The notes: generated by a model not told the origin, from the letters alone. A stretch of DNA of 64,000 nucleotides from Macrostomum lignano (GCA_002269645.1 NIVC01003258.1:1-64000), one strand, 5' to 3'. Shown: positions 1-13,903, numbered from the stretch's first letter. A program made the numbers and translations.

Positions 1-573
1 TCTGGGGTTGGATGGGTGCGTCGCGGCCTGTCGGGATGGGTGGTAGTGGGGCCGTGTATTGTGCCAGCCTCGCCTTGTCTCGCTTATGTGCGTTTTATTT
101 TTTAATCTCTAGTTTTTAGCTCGCGATCATCCATGCACTTGCTTACTCATCGCATCACAATCACATAGTTTTTTCGCTTCATTAGAATTGTTTTATTAGC
201 AAAATATACTCGTATTTTGTACTCTTCGCATACAGGACAGTAGGTTGTTGTTGTGCTCTGCAATATCGCTGTCTACTGCTTTCGCATTTTATTATATAGT
301 TTTGCATTAGAAGTCAGGGGGATTGTTGTCAGGAGTATTCAAGATTCATTGAAGTAGTACGATTACTGGATTCCACCTAGACTATATCGACAGACATGGC
401 GGCACTCCATTTGACAAGATAATTTTTCAAAAACCCACCAACCCCATAACCAAAATGATTGTCTATAAAGCTTAGCAACCATTTTATCTGTACTATGAAG
501 TCAGAGATCTATACTAGAAGCAATATAGTGTTCCGGTCTGGTCTTTTCATATCCGATTACCCAACACGTCAAA

Positions 574-2212
574 ATGAGAATTCTACTGGTTGCGTTTGTC
601 CTTGCTGCGTTCGTCATCAGTGAAACATTCGCCTTTTGTAAGTATACATGTACATTATACAGTTTGCATATCATGTACTCGCATGCGTACGAATCTTTCT
701 GCAGCGCTTTGGTACAGAATCCTTGATCACAATTTGCAGGCAGCTTAGGGCATTTAAAAAATGAACGCTACAGTCACGCTCATTGACTCTGTCACGATTA
801 TTGGTGTTGAGGCTATGACCCTTAGAAGGGCCGTTTTACGAGAGTTGCCGTAAGTCGTAGTCCCAAAATGAATCGAGTCAAGTCTTGAGAAGCGGATTGT
901 GTAGCGGAGCACTTGCATACAAGGCAGGTAACTGTCGTAGTTGTTTATTGTTTAAATCAATATTCAAATTTGGTTAACGTTAATACAGAACTTATGTACT
1001 TTTGGGGCACTGGCGGCTGCAACAATGGTTTTGAATTGAAGGTGAATTAGAAATTGTAGTCGAGTGGTAGGCGATTGATGCAGGGCGATGCAACGTGGTG
1101 AGTAGCGGCGATGAGCACAGAAGAGGCAGATGCGTAGTGGTGAGATTGGCGTTAGCCGTGGCAGACAGTGCAGTGTAAACAGGCTGGCCCAGACAGCGGA
1201 GCCGTGGCGAGAGATAAGGCGGCAGACAGAAGGCAGGAGAAGGAAAACAAGAGCCGCGAAGAACAGACAAGCACAGAACGAAGGAAAGAAAGAAAGGTGA
1301 AAAAACCAGCCCGCCGCCAGACGGGGGGGGCTAATAAAGAGCGAAAAAGGGGGTAGCGCAAACACGGAGAGTTTTCATTGGCTGGCGAGAGAACTTGAAA
1401 ATTATCGATCGTGCCAATTTTATACGGTCGCGAGAGAGGATAGTAAAATATAGGGCCTTTTCATATTACCAATTCCAGAACCAGAATCGGTTCGGAATTC
1501 CAAGAAAAACAGCAGTATAACTATTAAACTCTGTTAATATTTGACTGCCTTAACAACCTAACTTAGCACAATTTTTCACTTTCTTCTTGGCGATTGTCAT
1601 TCAATAATAAAAACTTTATAGCACGTATCTCCCTCTAGTTATGGAGACAAAAAGTTATACTCACAAATTGGTTCTGGTTCTGGAACCAGAGCAAGCAATA
1701 TGAAAAGGCCCATACAGTGAATTAGAAATTGCCACAAAATCGTTGGGCACTACTACAAGTAAACGTCGCAATAAACAAATGGAAAAGTTTAGTTGAAACG
1801 GTGAAACTGAAGGGTTGAAACTATAGAGAAACAGCAGTCCAACGGCCCTTTTCGGGACCACCTTAAACTGACAACGTCACAACTCTGTAACTCTGCCCAC
1901 TTGCTAGTGTCGATATCCGCAGTGTATTTTTTTAGGAAATTGGCCTTCAAAGATATTAAACGAGCTTCGAGTTTTTCGTCCTTGTCATACCTGGTCTTTG
2001 ACTACTACCACTAACAGCACTACATGTCGCATATTCCAGATTGCCCACGCGGCAAAGAGTTGAAGGGGAACGACGTAAGCCGCTACCAAAATCTGATTGG
2101 CAAATGCCGCACCATCCGCTTGAGAGGAACGCCGAGGCAAACTCTATATGGATTTGGAGTCTACAGAGCCACGTCGTGTATGGTCAAGCTGCAGTCCAAA
2201 TTGGCCTGCTGA
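574..2212 (+). CDS. Candidate small secreted protein, tentative join(574..637,2040..2212)
   Basis: ATG 574 opens a signal-peptide-like stretch MRILLVAFVLAAFVISETFAF ending in a phase-1 GTAAGT donor at 638. A phase-compatible acceptor (CTAAC branch point, TTCCAG ending 2039) leads into CPRGKELKG...SKLAC*. An internal GTAAGC at 2075 and nearer acceptors (e.g. 704) make the 3' structure uncertain. Confidence 0.3.
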
Positions 2213-3906
2213 GGCTTGGCCAGAGCAAGTTCTTCGAGTTCAGTTCCTGGCTGGACAGGATTCCTACAAGTCGGCAACTAAGCATGGTATTGTCAGTGAC
2301 GCGGCTCAGGGCTACAGCATGTCGTTTAGATTTGTCGATGCCTAAATTAATTACCTGAACGGTAAGATGCGTCTACCATAGTAGCACATTCTTTTGTCAG
2401 CGTCCATTATTTTTCGTACATCAAATCGTAAAGCTCAACATGAATTCCAACAGTCAATTGTTTCATCAGAAAACTAAAACTAAAGATTCTGCTCGAGCTG
2501 CTGATTAAAAATACGAGTAAAAACCTAAGTGAAATTTGGTGATGGTAACTAAAAACTAAGCAGGAATTTAAGACTCAATTATAAGTTTAATAAATAAATA
2601 TAACAAAAAGCTTTTGACTGCATTGTAAATGCAGACTTGAAATTCAACAGATCCGACTCTAACTTATATTTGGTAGCATATACATGTACTTTTGTTTTTT
2701 TAATTTGCTCTTTACGTATACTTCAGACATGATCCGGCATCCTAAATATAAATTGTTATGCATTAATGCACATACATGTATTATTCAATACTATTGAAAT
2801 CCTCCAAGCATTCTACTTACAGCAGAATACTGGTTTATTTGCAAATTTGTTTTAATTTGTTCATTTTTTGACTAACTCAAATGCGAGCATGTTTTCTGGA
2901 ACAGAGTGCAAGAAACAATTATTCCAATGAATAATGTTTACTGTAGATGCACAATCATTGATAGAATGTGAAAAATAAAGGAAAGTGGCGTTACAAACAC
3001 AGAAACACAAGAATTCGATTACAATATTCTTCTTACTTACACCCCCGAAGTTCTTAGCACTAGACTTTTATCACACAGCACTTGCTTGTCACTTTCGACT
3101 CTTAATAAGATTTTAGTTTTTTGCGAAGGCTTGTTCTGGCATCAAGTTCAATTAAGAATAATCTAGAATTAAACCTGAGAATAAATCAGTGCTAGCCAAG
3201 TGCTCAAGAATCAAGATTGATAATTAGAATGCGATATTCAATTATGGGGTTTTGAGCTACCGCTGTTTGCTTGCGTTGCTATGAGCGTCGCAATGGCTCC
3301 ACTTAATCGCACACTCCTAGACCCTCGTTCAAATGAAAAGTGCAGCTTCGCTAACAATGCAATTCACAAGAACTTATTATACCAGTAACCATAATCTAAT
3401 TATTGAACTCTTTCTCTTGAGAATAATTGCAAAGTCTGATTGCAAAGCACAACAAAAAATCACTTCCAATCTATTTAATGGAAATGTAGTTCTACAAGCT
3501 GGGACAAATAATCATTTCTCATCAAGGTTGGCTGAAATTCATGTAAATTATCAGCGTAATCGGACGTGACACGGTGGCCGCCAGTTCTCTAATATGATTG
3601 CTAGTCTAGCAAACTGCAGATAGGCACTGTAAATGAAGAGAATAGGCTTGTTCATTTACTTAATCTCGCTTAATTAAACGAACCAGCGCTTCTGATAACA
3701 TTTGTCACAACGACAGCGAATCAATACGAGTTAATTTAAAAGCGTTGAGAGTACCGAGTCAGTGAATGTAGGCTAATCCGACGTAATCTCATTTGAGCAG
3801 CAGTCAGTGCCTGCTGTGTGGATATAACGGAGCTCGTCGACAAACTGAGCTGCACAGAGCCAGGAGTAGCTCATAACTAGTTTTGCAGCACTCAGATATC
3901 TTTAAA

Positions 3907-5879
3907 ATGTTTGAGCTAATTCTTAACAACGGGCAACTGTCAAAGGCAGATCTGCACACTCAAAACGACATCACAAGCTTCCTGCAGGGCCCCAAAGAGT
4001 GGCTTACATTCGTCAATTGTATAGCCAACGATGATGTCGAGGACTTGCGAGTAGCTTCAAAGAGTTTTAATTGGAAAGAGTTTCTGAAGAGCTCCGACAT
4101 TAATGCCATCTGGTCTGATTGCGAATCGAACTTTGCGCATCCATCAGCGATTGGTAACTCAAAGCATCCGTTTCCTACTAATCCGTTTTTTATTGCCATC
4201 TTCTACAATGCCCAGCGCTGTCTCCGGTTTATGAACGAATCCGATGTCGACTTCTCTAGGATCAGCGATAACGGCTTTACGGCGTATCACGTGCTGATGA
4301 GCGCGATTCGCTTCATGACTGACGAGAGCGCCGATTCCGCATCAGGCTCGGGCATAACCGAAGAGTGCAAAAGTCTGTTAGCTCTGTTTCACAAGACTCT
4401 ATTCACGGCAGAGCAGCAACGCCGCATGCTAAATGTAACCTGCAAGCTCGGCATGGCCCCACTCAGTTGGGGAGTGTTTCTCGGCCTGGCAAACTACGTC
4501 GAGTACATCATGACATTCTGCGTTCCAGCCCCCGTCGTGAATTCCGACGCTGCTGGACTAAATGAACGCGTCAGCATTGACGTGTCCGAAATGACCGGCG
4601 ATGATTCCAGCTTTTTCACTAGCCCAATTTGTGTCCTGGTCGACATGTACGGACAGAGCACTTTAGCGGAGATCAAGGCTCTTGGAATTTTCCGGACTGG
4701 CTTTATTTGGAAGCAGTGGGCCGAAGTGTTGTACATGCGCAACCGCTTCTTCACCGCGCTGCTTCTGTCCAACGTAATTTTCCTCACCGCGCAACGGTGT
4801 CAGTTGTTGGCGGCGGTGTCAACGATTTTCTTAAGGCCAGGTGTTCAGGTCGGGATTTTCCATTTCCAATAGGAGTGTTCATCATCTTGGTTTACTGGTT
4901 CTTTTATGCTACATTTGGAACTGCCGCCAGCGGCTACAGTCTCTGGCGCAAAGAGCAGTACAGGTAAGTATAGCAACTTTAAATACGCTCGTACTCCTGA
5001 AGAGACACTTAATTATAACGGTATTTAACCAATGTTTCTTCCAGAAGAAAAGTTGGCTATCCGATTGCGCCTAGGCATGCGCACGTTGACATGCTGTTTT
5101 GGTTCCTGCCGTGGATGCTGTCTATTCCCATCTCAACATTTCTCTTATGGCTTTACTCGGACACTGGCAACAGTTGCAGACTGCTGGGCGATCACATCTG
5201 CTCTGTGAGCGGCTGCTGCATTCTACTGTTGCTGCTTACTAGTGTATCGCTAATCGTTGCCTATCTCCGACTGGTCCCATCGCTTACAACCCTGATGACC
5301 AGCATGTACAAGAGCATTGGTACATTCAACGTGTTCATCATGCTCTACTTGGTACTAACTGGCGTCTTCACACGCGTATTTCAAGTGCGCCTGTTCTCTG
5401 CTAGCAGCGATTATGTAGTTAGAAACAGCACCTCAATATCGGAGGAGAATAGTGGCCCAAAATCTGTCAACTTCTTCACCGCCTTTTATCGAACGTTTCT
5501 AGTGTCGCTAAACATTATCGATTCGAGCATGCTTTCACCAACGGATGATCGAATCGACATGAGCATCACGCATATGATCTACATCCTGTTTGTACCTGTT
5601 CTGTTTCTAAACTTTGCGATCGGCATTCTGACATCGGTTGTAACGCACGTTCACGAGCACAGTCCAGAGAATCGCTACCTTCTCATATTGTCGGTGGCGG
5701 AGTTCTCCGAGATGATTTTGTCGCCAACTCGGTCGGCGATAAGGAAACTAGTGGGAAGCAGCGGTGAGCAGTTGGTGCTTCGTTGCTGCCGTCCAGTGAG
5801 TAGGCACAGCCGACTTCTGGCAGCCAACAATGAACGGCTCTCGGCTGTGCTTGAGGCCAAAAATTGTCAGCAGAACTGA
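3907..5879 (+). pseudogene. TRPV-like channel copy 1, join(3907..4963,5045..5879), with an apparent 1-bp deletion near 4789 (pseudogene or assembly error)
   Basis: Clear paralog of copies 2 and 3. Ankyrin-like NGFTAYHVL and GMAPLSWG motifs, pore segment FYRTFLVSLNIID, S6/TRP-helix-like LFLNFAIGILTSVV. An 81-nt GT-AG phase-2 intron lies at the same position as in the paralogs. Homology switches frame at ACC-GC-GCA-ACG (4786-4796). Confidence 0.75.
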
Positions 5880-6464
5880 TTTCACTGTTACTAACTAATA
5901 CAGGCGACAATACTTGCTTGAATGAAAAAATGGGTCGCTTTCATAGGCTCAAACTTTTACATCGTCGAAGTCGGTACAGACGGAAAAATTATTTTGTCGA
6001 TAAGCCAGTTTTTTTTACTTTCCTAACCTAGAAAATCAACCACTTCAACGATTCAAAACGATGAGTTTTTGAAATGCCCCACGACTTTCAAAAGTGTATT
6101 TACGCTCGTATAAAGACAAAGTTCTGAAACATTTTAAGCGAATGCCCTTATTAAAAATATTTAAAGAGCTATAACCTATTAGATAGTTTTCATGACTGCA
6201 AGAGAAAATGTAAAGCTACACTCGAAAAGTAACCTGCTGTTTTATGCCCCAACATGAAATTCTGGCATAAAAATCAGACATTACTGGTCAGCAGCAAATC
6301 AAATTCTGTCAGTGTATCAATATTGAACGGAGGGAGCTTTGAACCAATGAGACAGAAACGCAATAAATCTAATGCTTGCTCCAATTTTTTTGTCCCTCTC
6401 TGATTGCTGGAGTGCAGCAGAGCAAAGTGAACGAGTTCTCCCAGCTATTAGAATTAGCTTATAA

Positions 6465-8457
6465 ATGACGGCAAAAGTAGCACCAAAATCTATAGATGGT
6501 AAAGAGACAGCCAAATTGCTAATGGATATTAAAATAATTGTCAATAGCCGTTCGGAATGGCTGGCATTTGTAAAGTGCATCGCGACCGACAATGTTGACG
6601 ACTTAAAAGCGGCCTCTCGGCGACTCAATTGGAAGAAGTTCTTACAGAGCTTCGAAACTTCTGGTACCTGGTCGGATTGCGATCCAAACTTTTTGCACAC
6701 GTCATCGATCGGTAACTCAAAGCACCCGTTTCCGACAAATCCGTTTTTTATTGCCATCTTCTACAATGCTCAGCGCTGTCTCCGGTTTATGAACGAATCT
6801 GGCGTCGACTTTGCTGAGATTAACGACAACGGCTTCACTGCGTATCACGTGCTGATGAGTGCGATTCGCTTCATGACTGACGAGAACGCCGGTTCCGCCT
6901 CAGGCTCGGGTATGACTGAAGAGTGCAAGAGTCTGTTAGATCTGTTTCACAGGACCCTGTTCACGACAGAACAGCAACAGCGAATGATTCAGACCTTGTG
7001 TAGGTTTGGAATGGATCCGATGAGCTGGGGCGTGTTCCTAGGCCTGGCGAATTACGTTGAGTACGTCCTGATCTACTGCTCTCCAACTACTCTGGCTCAC
7101 TCAGACACTGAAGGTCTTAATGAACGCATCTCGTTTGATGTGTCAGATTTTACTGCCGAGAATTTCTGCTTTTTCACCAGTCCTATCAGCGTTCTTGTAG
7201 ATATCTACAGCCAGAGCACCTTGGCTGAGATCAAAGCGTTAGGAATCTTTCGTACCGGCTTTCTCTGGAAGCAGTGGACCGAGGCATTGTACTTGCGCAA
7301 TCGAGCGTTCTTTGTTCAATTCTTTTTTGTTGCACTTATTTTTACATTCGCAAGTGCATTTTTCGCCGGATCGAACGTGTACGAATATTTAAATGATCGG
7401 TGTTCTGACAAGCCATTTACGTTTCCATACGGTCTACTTACAATACTAATTGGCTGGATTACGCTTGGTTTCTTTGGCACCGTAGCAGTTATTTACGGTT
7501 ATATGCGCAAGGAACGCTATCGGTAAGCGAATTATTAATTATCACACAGTTTCATCAAATCATTATTCACAAAGTTAAAACTGAAAATAAAAATAAATTT
7601 TATCTCCTTTCAGGCGCTCTGTAGGATATCCCTGCTCGCCGCGAAAGAATGTCGGCGACATTCTTGGCTGGTACCTGCCGTACATCTTGGCCTTCCCGAC
7701 ATCAATTTTTCTACTCTGGATCTACCTTGACACTGAGCACAGCTGCGCCTTGCTAGGTCAGCAAATTTATCCAGTTAGCGGCTGCGGCATCATGCTGCTT
7801 CTAATAGCGGGTTTCTCTCAGATGATCAGCTTCTTGCGGCATTTGCACTGCCTAACAGCAATGATGAGTAGCCTCTATCGAAGCATGGTGACGTTCTCGT
7901 GGTTCTTCCTTCTCTACGTACTGCTCACTGGAGTTTTCGCTAGAATTTTTCAGTCTAGCTTTGCCTTCTCTAGAGCAGAAAATTCGACCACAACCCGACC
8001 GGATAATCTGGCCGAGTTTCTCAAGTCATTCTATCAAACCTTTCTGGTTTCGCTTAACATCGTCGATGCAGAAAAGTTTTATCCGGCTAGCGATCGTATT
8101 GACCTAAACGTGACACACGTATTCTACGTCCTGTTTGTTCCTGTGCTCTTCATCAACTTTGTAATCGGCATTTTATCATCGATTGCCGCTCACGTGCAGG
8201 AACATAGCGTTGAGAACAGGTACATGCTGATGCTATCCGTGGCAGAGTTCGCTGAGACCACTTTCTTCCTAATCCACAAGCTATTAAGTAAGTGCTTTCG
8301 TCGGCGAGAGGTTCGTATAAAACTCTGCGGTCCTATTCGAAAGCAGAGCAGGCTTATAGTGAACTGCTATTGCTCATTCGAATCAGCAATCGATGCGCCA
8401 TCTGACATCTGCACGACAGGACACAGAGACAACGAGAGTCGAAGCAGTCTGTTTTAA
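6465..8457 (+). CDS. TRPV-like (TRPV5/6-type) cation channel copy 2, join(6465..7522,7614..8457)
   Basis: Ankyrin-like N-terminus; pre-S1 FLWKQW; several hydrophobic helices; pore FYQTFLVSLNIVD; S6 LFINFVIGILSSIAAHV. A 91-nt intron (GTAAGC...TTTCAG) joins in frame to give ERYR-RSVGYP. Confidence 0.8.
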
Positions 8458-9339
8458 CAATATCATGGCGTCGAAGAAACCGAGATCTCCTCCGATAGTT
8501 TGTCCGCATTGAAATTGATAATAGACATGCCATGTTTATGCAACCTGCATTCAATCTAAGCTGGCTAAATTAACCATACGTAATACATAGTCCATGCAGA
8601 TTTTTTGAAAATTTCTTGAAAATGTTTTTGTTTAACTATTAATCCCGACGATATAAAATGACATAAATATACCGCTATTCTGAATTATTTCCTTAAAACA
8701 CTGATTTTAAAAAAACAATTAGCACAGTCCTAACTCGAAAGGTCAGTTTATATACTATTGATTTGTCTGAATAATGTTTCTACTTTAAAATGTTAATGTT
8801 TGACTTTTCCACTAATCCGCTTGACTATTTACAATGTGTCTCTGTCACCCACTAATCAGATCGTTGCTGCATGCATATAAAGTCAATGGTATTAAGCAAA
8901 CTTTTTTCGTAGCTTTAGCAATCGATAAAAATCTGATTTATGCAAAATCCCTCTTTATTAGCAATCCCTTCCTCAGTGAGCTTCTGTAAACTCAATTATG
9001 CAAAACTGGGACAATACAATAGCCATTGGCTTTGGTTTTGCTTGATTTACTTTCCATGAAAGTCTGTTTGCACTAGTCTTCACTGTATGCACCAGTGGTT
9101 AGAACTAAAAATAACAAAATTTGTCTCCGTCACTTTGCTCTCCGTCAAGGGGATGACTTTATACTTTTTATTCATGTAGATGCATGATGCAATACAGTAT
9201 TATTACCACTGCAATTAGTGAAACACAAATTTTGCTAATGTTGATGAATCAGCTAATGCATATGCTACGTTCACATAAGCGCTGTGAGAATTACCTGAAG
9301 AAAAAATTACCACCCGCTTGGTCAGGAAAAGCAATAATT

Positions 9340-9540
9340 GGGGGCCGTCGTCTAGGGGTCCAGCGCGCGCGGCGCTTTTATGTGCCAGCGGCCCAGTTTC
9401 GATTCCAAAAGCAGTCACATTAATTTGGGGCTAAATTGGAATCGCGGTTTGGCTCTGCTTGTGCAATTAACGTCCTTGAGGGCAAACCCCAAGGCGCAGT
9501 GAAGTGTACATGCCTAACGATAAATAAAGTTAGGACCGCT
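9340..9540 (+). mobile_element. Degenerate tRNA-derived SINE-like copy
   Basis: A-box-like GGGGCCGTCGTCTAGGGG at 9340, B-box-like AGTTTCGATTCC near 9395, and a downstream GTCCTTGAG motif shared with the SINE at 18125-18330. Confidence 0.4.
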
Positions 9541-11325
9541 GCAAACTCCTGTGTGAGTGTGTGCCTGTGCGTATGACTGCGTACGTATCCGCGCGCTTGT
9601 GTGCCTGCTCAAGGGGAGTCCGCGGAATGGGAAGCAATGCCTCTCGCCGGTTGTGTGACAATGTCGCTTAAAGTGCACACAGCCCCTGCCTCAGCTAACT
9701 AACAGGAAAAACAGTCGACAGGAAAGGAGGCGACGGACACAGTGTACGACGCTAAATCACGCGCAGGACACTAGAAAATGTCATGCAGAAACTTAAGCCG
9801 TTGTTGAAGCAAAATGGTCTCGAGCACCGTCTGAAACAAACGGAAGATGCTACTCAGAAGATTATCTGTCATACAGAGAACGAAGCAACAAAGAAAATTA
9901 GTTCTGGAGCTAAAGCGATGCAGTCAGCCATGAGTAGCCCTATCTGGCACAGATTTCTCAGGTGAACAGCCATGCCCTTATCTTGTATCTTTAAGTCAAC
10001 ACTTCTCATCTCTCGTCAAGTCTTTTTTCTTCACAAATAAAGAGAAAATCTTTAAAAAGCTTCAGTTCTATTTTAGCAAACAAATAATATTGAATTTCTG
10101 GTCACGTTCTGCAATAGTTCAAGTTGCGTAAATATGGTTTCAACTTCAGTTTTCTTCTGAAGTGACTCGATGAAATGGGCCGCAAAAGCGGCACTGCATG
10201 GGTTCGAGTTGGAAAGTATATAATCAGAATTTAAGGAGAAATATTCCCCAAAGATTTTTGCTTCTGTTTGCTCAGTTCTCTTTGCCGCTAGGTAAATAAA
10301 AGAATTCTCTGTGATGTGAAGCCTTGTTGCAACATGATTGAATTAATCAACCCGCATTCATGCTATGCTGATACTCAGTTTCCTACAGTTTGCAGAGTCG
10401 CTATAAAGTACAATTGCAAGCCACAGTGCTTGTATGCATAACAAATATTTAATGGAAGAATCCACAGTTATCTGGATATTATTTACAGTTGCAAAACAAT
10501 TGATATTTTCGTAGATTTATAGCTTTCGTACATGTGCGACTACCCGTAGAATTAGAGGCATCTGGCAAGCCTATTGAAGCATCCTTCAAAAAATCCGAGT
10601 GAAAGCTGCAAGTCCTTAACAAACCGCTACAGCAAACGATATGCATCCAGCAAAGAAAAAGGCTTCAGGTACAAAACTCAGTGTTCAAAAGCACTAGTAA
10701 ATGCAGCAACCTCAGGGCTAAACACCTCTGGCCCCTCGTTCGGTTCTACAGTATATCCGCGGTAGAATTAATTTGGGACTTTACCCAAGAGGGCCCAACC
10801 TCAAGGCACACAGCGAGTGTACGCGTGCTGACGATTAGAAAGTCTGGACCGCAGTAACACCGTGTGGTCGTTGTTGTTATTTTCAAGTTTGTTCACGAGA
10901 GCACTTGGCAGACTTGTAAAACCTCGCATAAAAAACAATGTACCAGGTGAATATATAATCTGCATCTGCAGCTCTATACTGAACATTTAGTATACTCAGC
11001 AACATTGAAAAGTCGCCACCTTTTGCCCCAGTGAGCAGTGTCTTTCGACCAGTGTCTATCACCTGGTAAAACCGTTTTGATATTAAAAAATGCTTGAAAA
11101 AATGCAATAAAACCGGGCGCGGAAGCTTCATCCCATCCGATCCCTCCTCACCCAGCCCAACTCTGGGTTTCGTGGCGCAAGTTGCGTCACTCAAAAGTCA
11201 CCAGCTACTAAACTAGAATTTTCTGCGCAGTCTCAAAGGATCGTAACTTTTTCATGCTGTTGAGTATACCTTACGTAAGAAAGAGCAATTTTAGTCGCCT
11301 GTACCAGTTACTAATACACACGAAT

Positions 11326-13122
11326 GGGATAGCGACGTTTGCCTGCGGGACGTTTGCCAGCCGACGTTTGCCTGCGGGACGCTTGCCAGCCGACATTTGC
11401 CAGCCGACGTTTGCCAGCCGATGTTTGCCAGTGGGACGTTTGCCAGCCGAAGTTTGCCTGCCGGACGTTTGCCAGCCGACGTTTGCCTGCGGGACGTTTG
11501 CCAGCCGACATTTGCCAGCCGACGTTTGCCAGCCGACGTTTGCCAGCCGACGTTTGCCAGCGGGACGTTTGCCAGCCGAAGTTTGCCTGCCGGACGTTTG
11601 CCTGCCGAATGTTTGCCAGCCGACGTTTGCCAGCGGGACGTTTGCCAGCCGAAGTTTGCCTGCCGGACGTTTGCCTGCCGAATGTTGGCCAGCCGACGTT
11701 TGCCAGCCGACGTTTGCCTGCCGGAAGTTTGCCAGCCAAAATTTGCTAGCCAATATAAAGCCAGTCAGTGAAAAATTTGATACTGAAACATTCGCAGTTT
11801 AGCGGTTTGACAAAAACCGTTTTTACTCCAACTTTTTGACGGTTATTCGCATGTATACAAGTTTGAAAGCAAAATATATAAATTATGCAGTTCATCAGTC
11901 TAACGTCTAATATCTAGTTTAACAACGATTTTGGCACAACATATCAAAAGATGAACATTGGTTTGCCTCGTATGAAAGCAATAACAATTGTTGTGATGAA
12001 AAGATGAAAACTTCCTATCTCCCTATGGCCGTCAAAACATTTTTCATAGATTTCGAGTGCTGCGTACTTCTACTTTAGTAGTCCTTGGCATGACTAAGCT
12101 TTGCATACGTAGTGTCTAGCGCTTGCTATTCTACTAGCTTGCTACTGGTGGCTTGTCTGGCTATTCAGCTATATAGCTTACTATAAAAACGTACCGCATT
12201 CGACTCGTCTACACATGTACGTTGAGATCGCGGTTTCCTTGCTTACTTGAGTAGTAATACAACAGCATTGGAATCAATTTGCTTACTTTTAGATCTCCCA
12301 ATGAACTGAGAAATATATGAGCCAGAATTACCGCTCAGCAGCTCTTTTTGTTTGCCTCATAACTTAATCGCTGGAGATTCCCGTTGTAATCTGCGCGTCT
12401 TCTTTCGCACATCAAAAATCAAACATCTCAAACTGGGAAAAACGATACACAATTGTCAAAAGTAAACAATATTTTCACATTCAAAGAAAATCGTTGTTAA
12501 ACTGGATATTAGACGTAAATCTATATAAATTGCATAATTTATTTAGATTTTGCATAAATTTCATTATTTATAGATTTTGCTTTCAAACTTGTATATATGC
12601 GAATAACCGTCAAAAAGTTGGAGTAAAAACGGTTTTTTTCAAACCGCTAAACTGCGAATGTTTCAGTATCAAATTTTTCACTGACTGGCTTTATATTGGC
12701 TAGCAAATTTTGGCTGGCAAACTTCCGGCAGGCAAGCGTCGGCTGGCAAACGTAGGCTAACAAACATCCGGCAGGCAAACGTCGGCTGGCAAATGTCGGC
12801 TGGCAAACGTCCGACTGGCAAACGTCCCGCTGGCAAACATTCGGCTGGCAAATGTCGGCTGGCAAATGTCGGCTGGCAAATGTCGGCTGGCAAATGTCGG
12901 CTGGCAAACGTCGGCTGGCAAATGTCGGCTGGCAAACGTCCCGCAGGCAAACGTCCGGCAGGCAAACTTCGGCTGGCAAACGTCCCGCTGGCAAACGTCG
13001 GCTGGCAAACGTCGGCTGGCAAATGTCGGCTGGCAAACGTCCCGCAGGCAAACGTCGGCTGGCAAACGTCCCGCAGGCAAACGTCGGCTGGCAAACGTCC
13101 CGCAGGCAAACGTCGTAGACCC
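11326..13122. mobile_element. Non-autonomous foldback/Mutator (MULE)-type DNA transposon
   Basis: About 600-bp inverted arms (11326-11932 and 12487-13122). Each arm is an outer tandem array (CGACGTTTGCCAGC-type units) plus a ~190-bp inner unique segment. Termini GGG...CCC; exact 9-bp flanking direct repeat CACACGAAT at 11317-11325 and 13123-13131; ~550-bp non-coding spacer. Confidence 0.85.
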
Positions 13123-13903
13123 CACACGAATTTGACAGTTTGATTTGAAGAATTCCACACTTACTTTAGCAGTAGCTACTACGAGCCGTACCCTTTTTTA
13201 ACAAAACATCATATCTATTTATTGATTCCTTCAGTTCGATTAAAATTGACACTCTTCATCTTTTGTTTAAGCCTTGTTTATTCCCAGATGATAAGAATTA
13301 GCACCACTAGCTGGGAATCCTAGTTCACTGTGGCCTTATCAACACTAGTCCGGATTTCTGTTCACATATCGTGCTTTTGTCTCCAAGATGCATCGGTCAT
13401 CTCAACTTCAGACTATTCAGACTTCAAAGCGTAAATGTACATATTGGAGAACAAATGCTACAAGTGCAGCTCCTCCCAAAGTGTGCATAAGCATCCTGTT
13501 TCTGTTTTCATTGAAATTTAATTTGCCTCGACGTGAAGCCGTGAAAGATTGAAGTTGTAGCTTCTCAGATACTATATGCATTCAAATTGAATTTCAATAT
13601 TTGGCCAAGCCAAGTGCAAGCGTAGGAAGTGGAATAATAAAAGTTTTGTAAAAGAATCAGTTAACAAGAATTCGTATGGGGAAGCAAAGCAAATGGCTCA
13701 TAAAACTTGGATATTTCCAGTCTTGGGGAAGAAATTGAAGATATCCTACTCAATATAAGGACTGCTCGGCCCTGTGACGTACAAACAATCCGATTGGTTG
13801 CAGCGGCACTTAGCAGCTACAGCTACCACCTTAAACAACCGATAGACAGGCAACCTACTGACTGAAAAAGACAAAAAATAACTAGGCGTTAAAAAATCGC
13901 GTC

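Noticed and set aside
964-1365. Overlapping ORFs of 62-133 aa
   Set aside because: Purine-rich low-complexity sequence; no recognisable domain or coherent splice structure.
9783-11194. Short ORFs between TRPV copy 2 and the foldback element
   Set aside because: No recognisable motifs and no similarity to the TRPV paralogs; cannot be supported as coding by inspection.
11254-13160. Multiple 90-180-aa ORFs on both strands (FASRRLPA / ANVGWQ repeats)
   Set aside because: They are translations of the tandem arrays in the foldback element arms.
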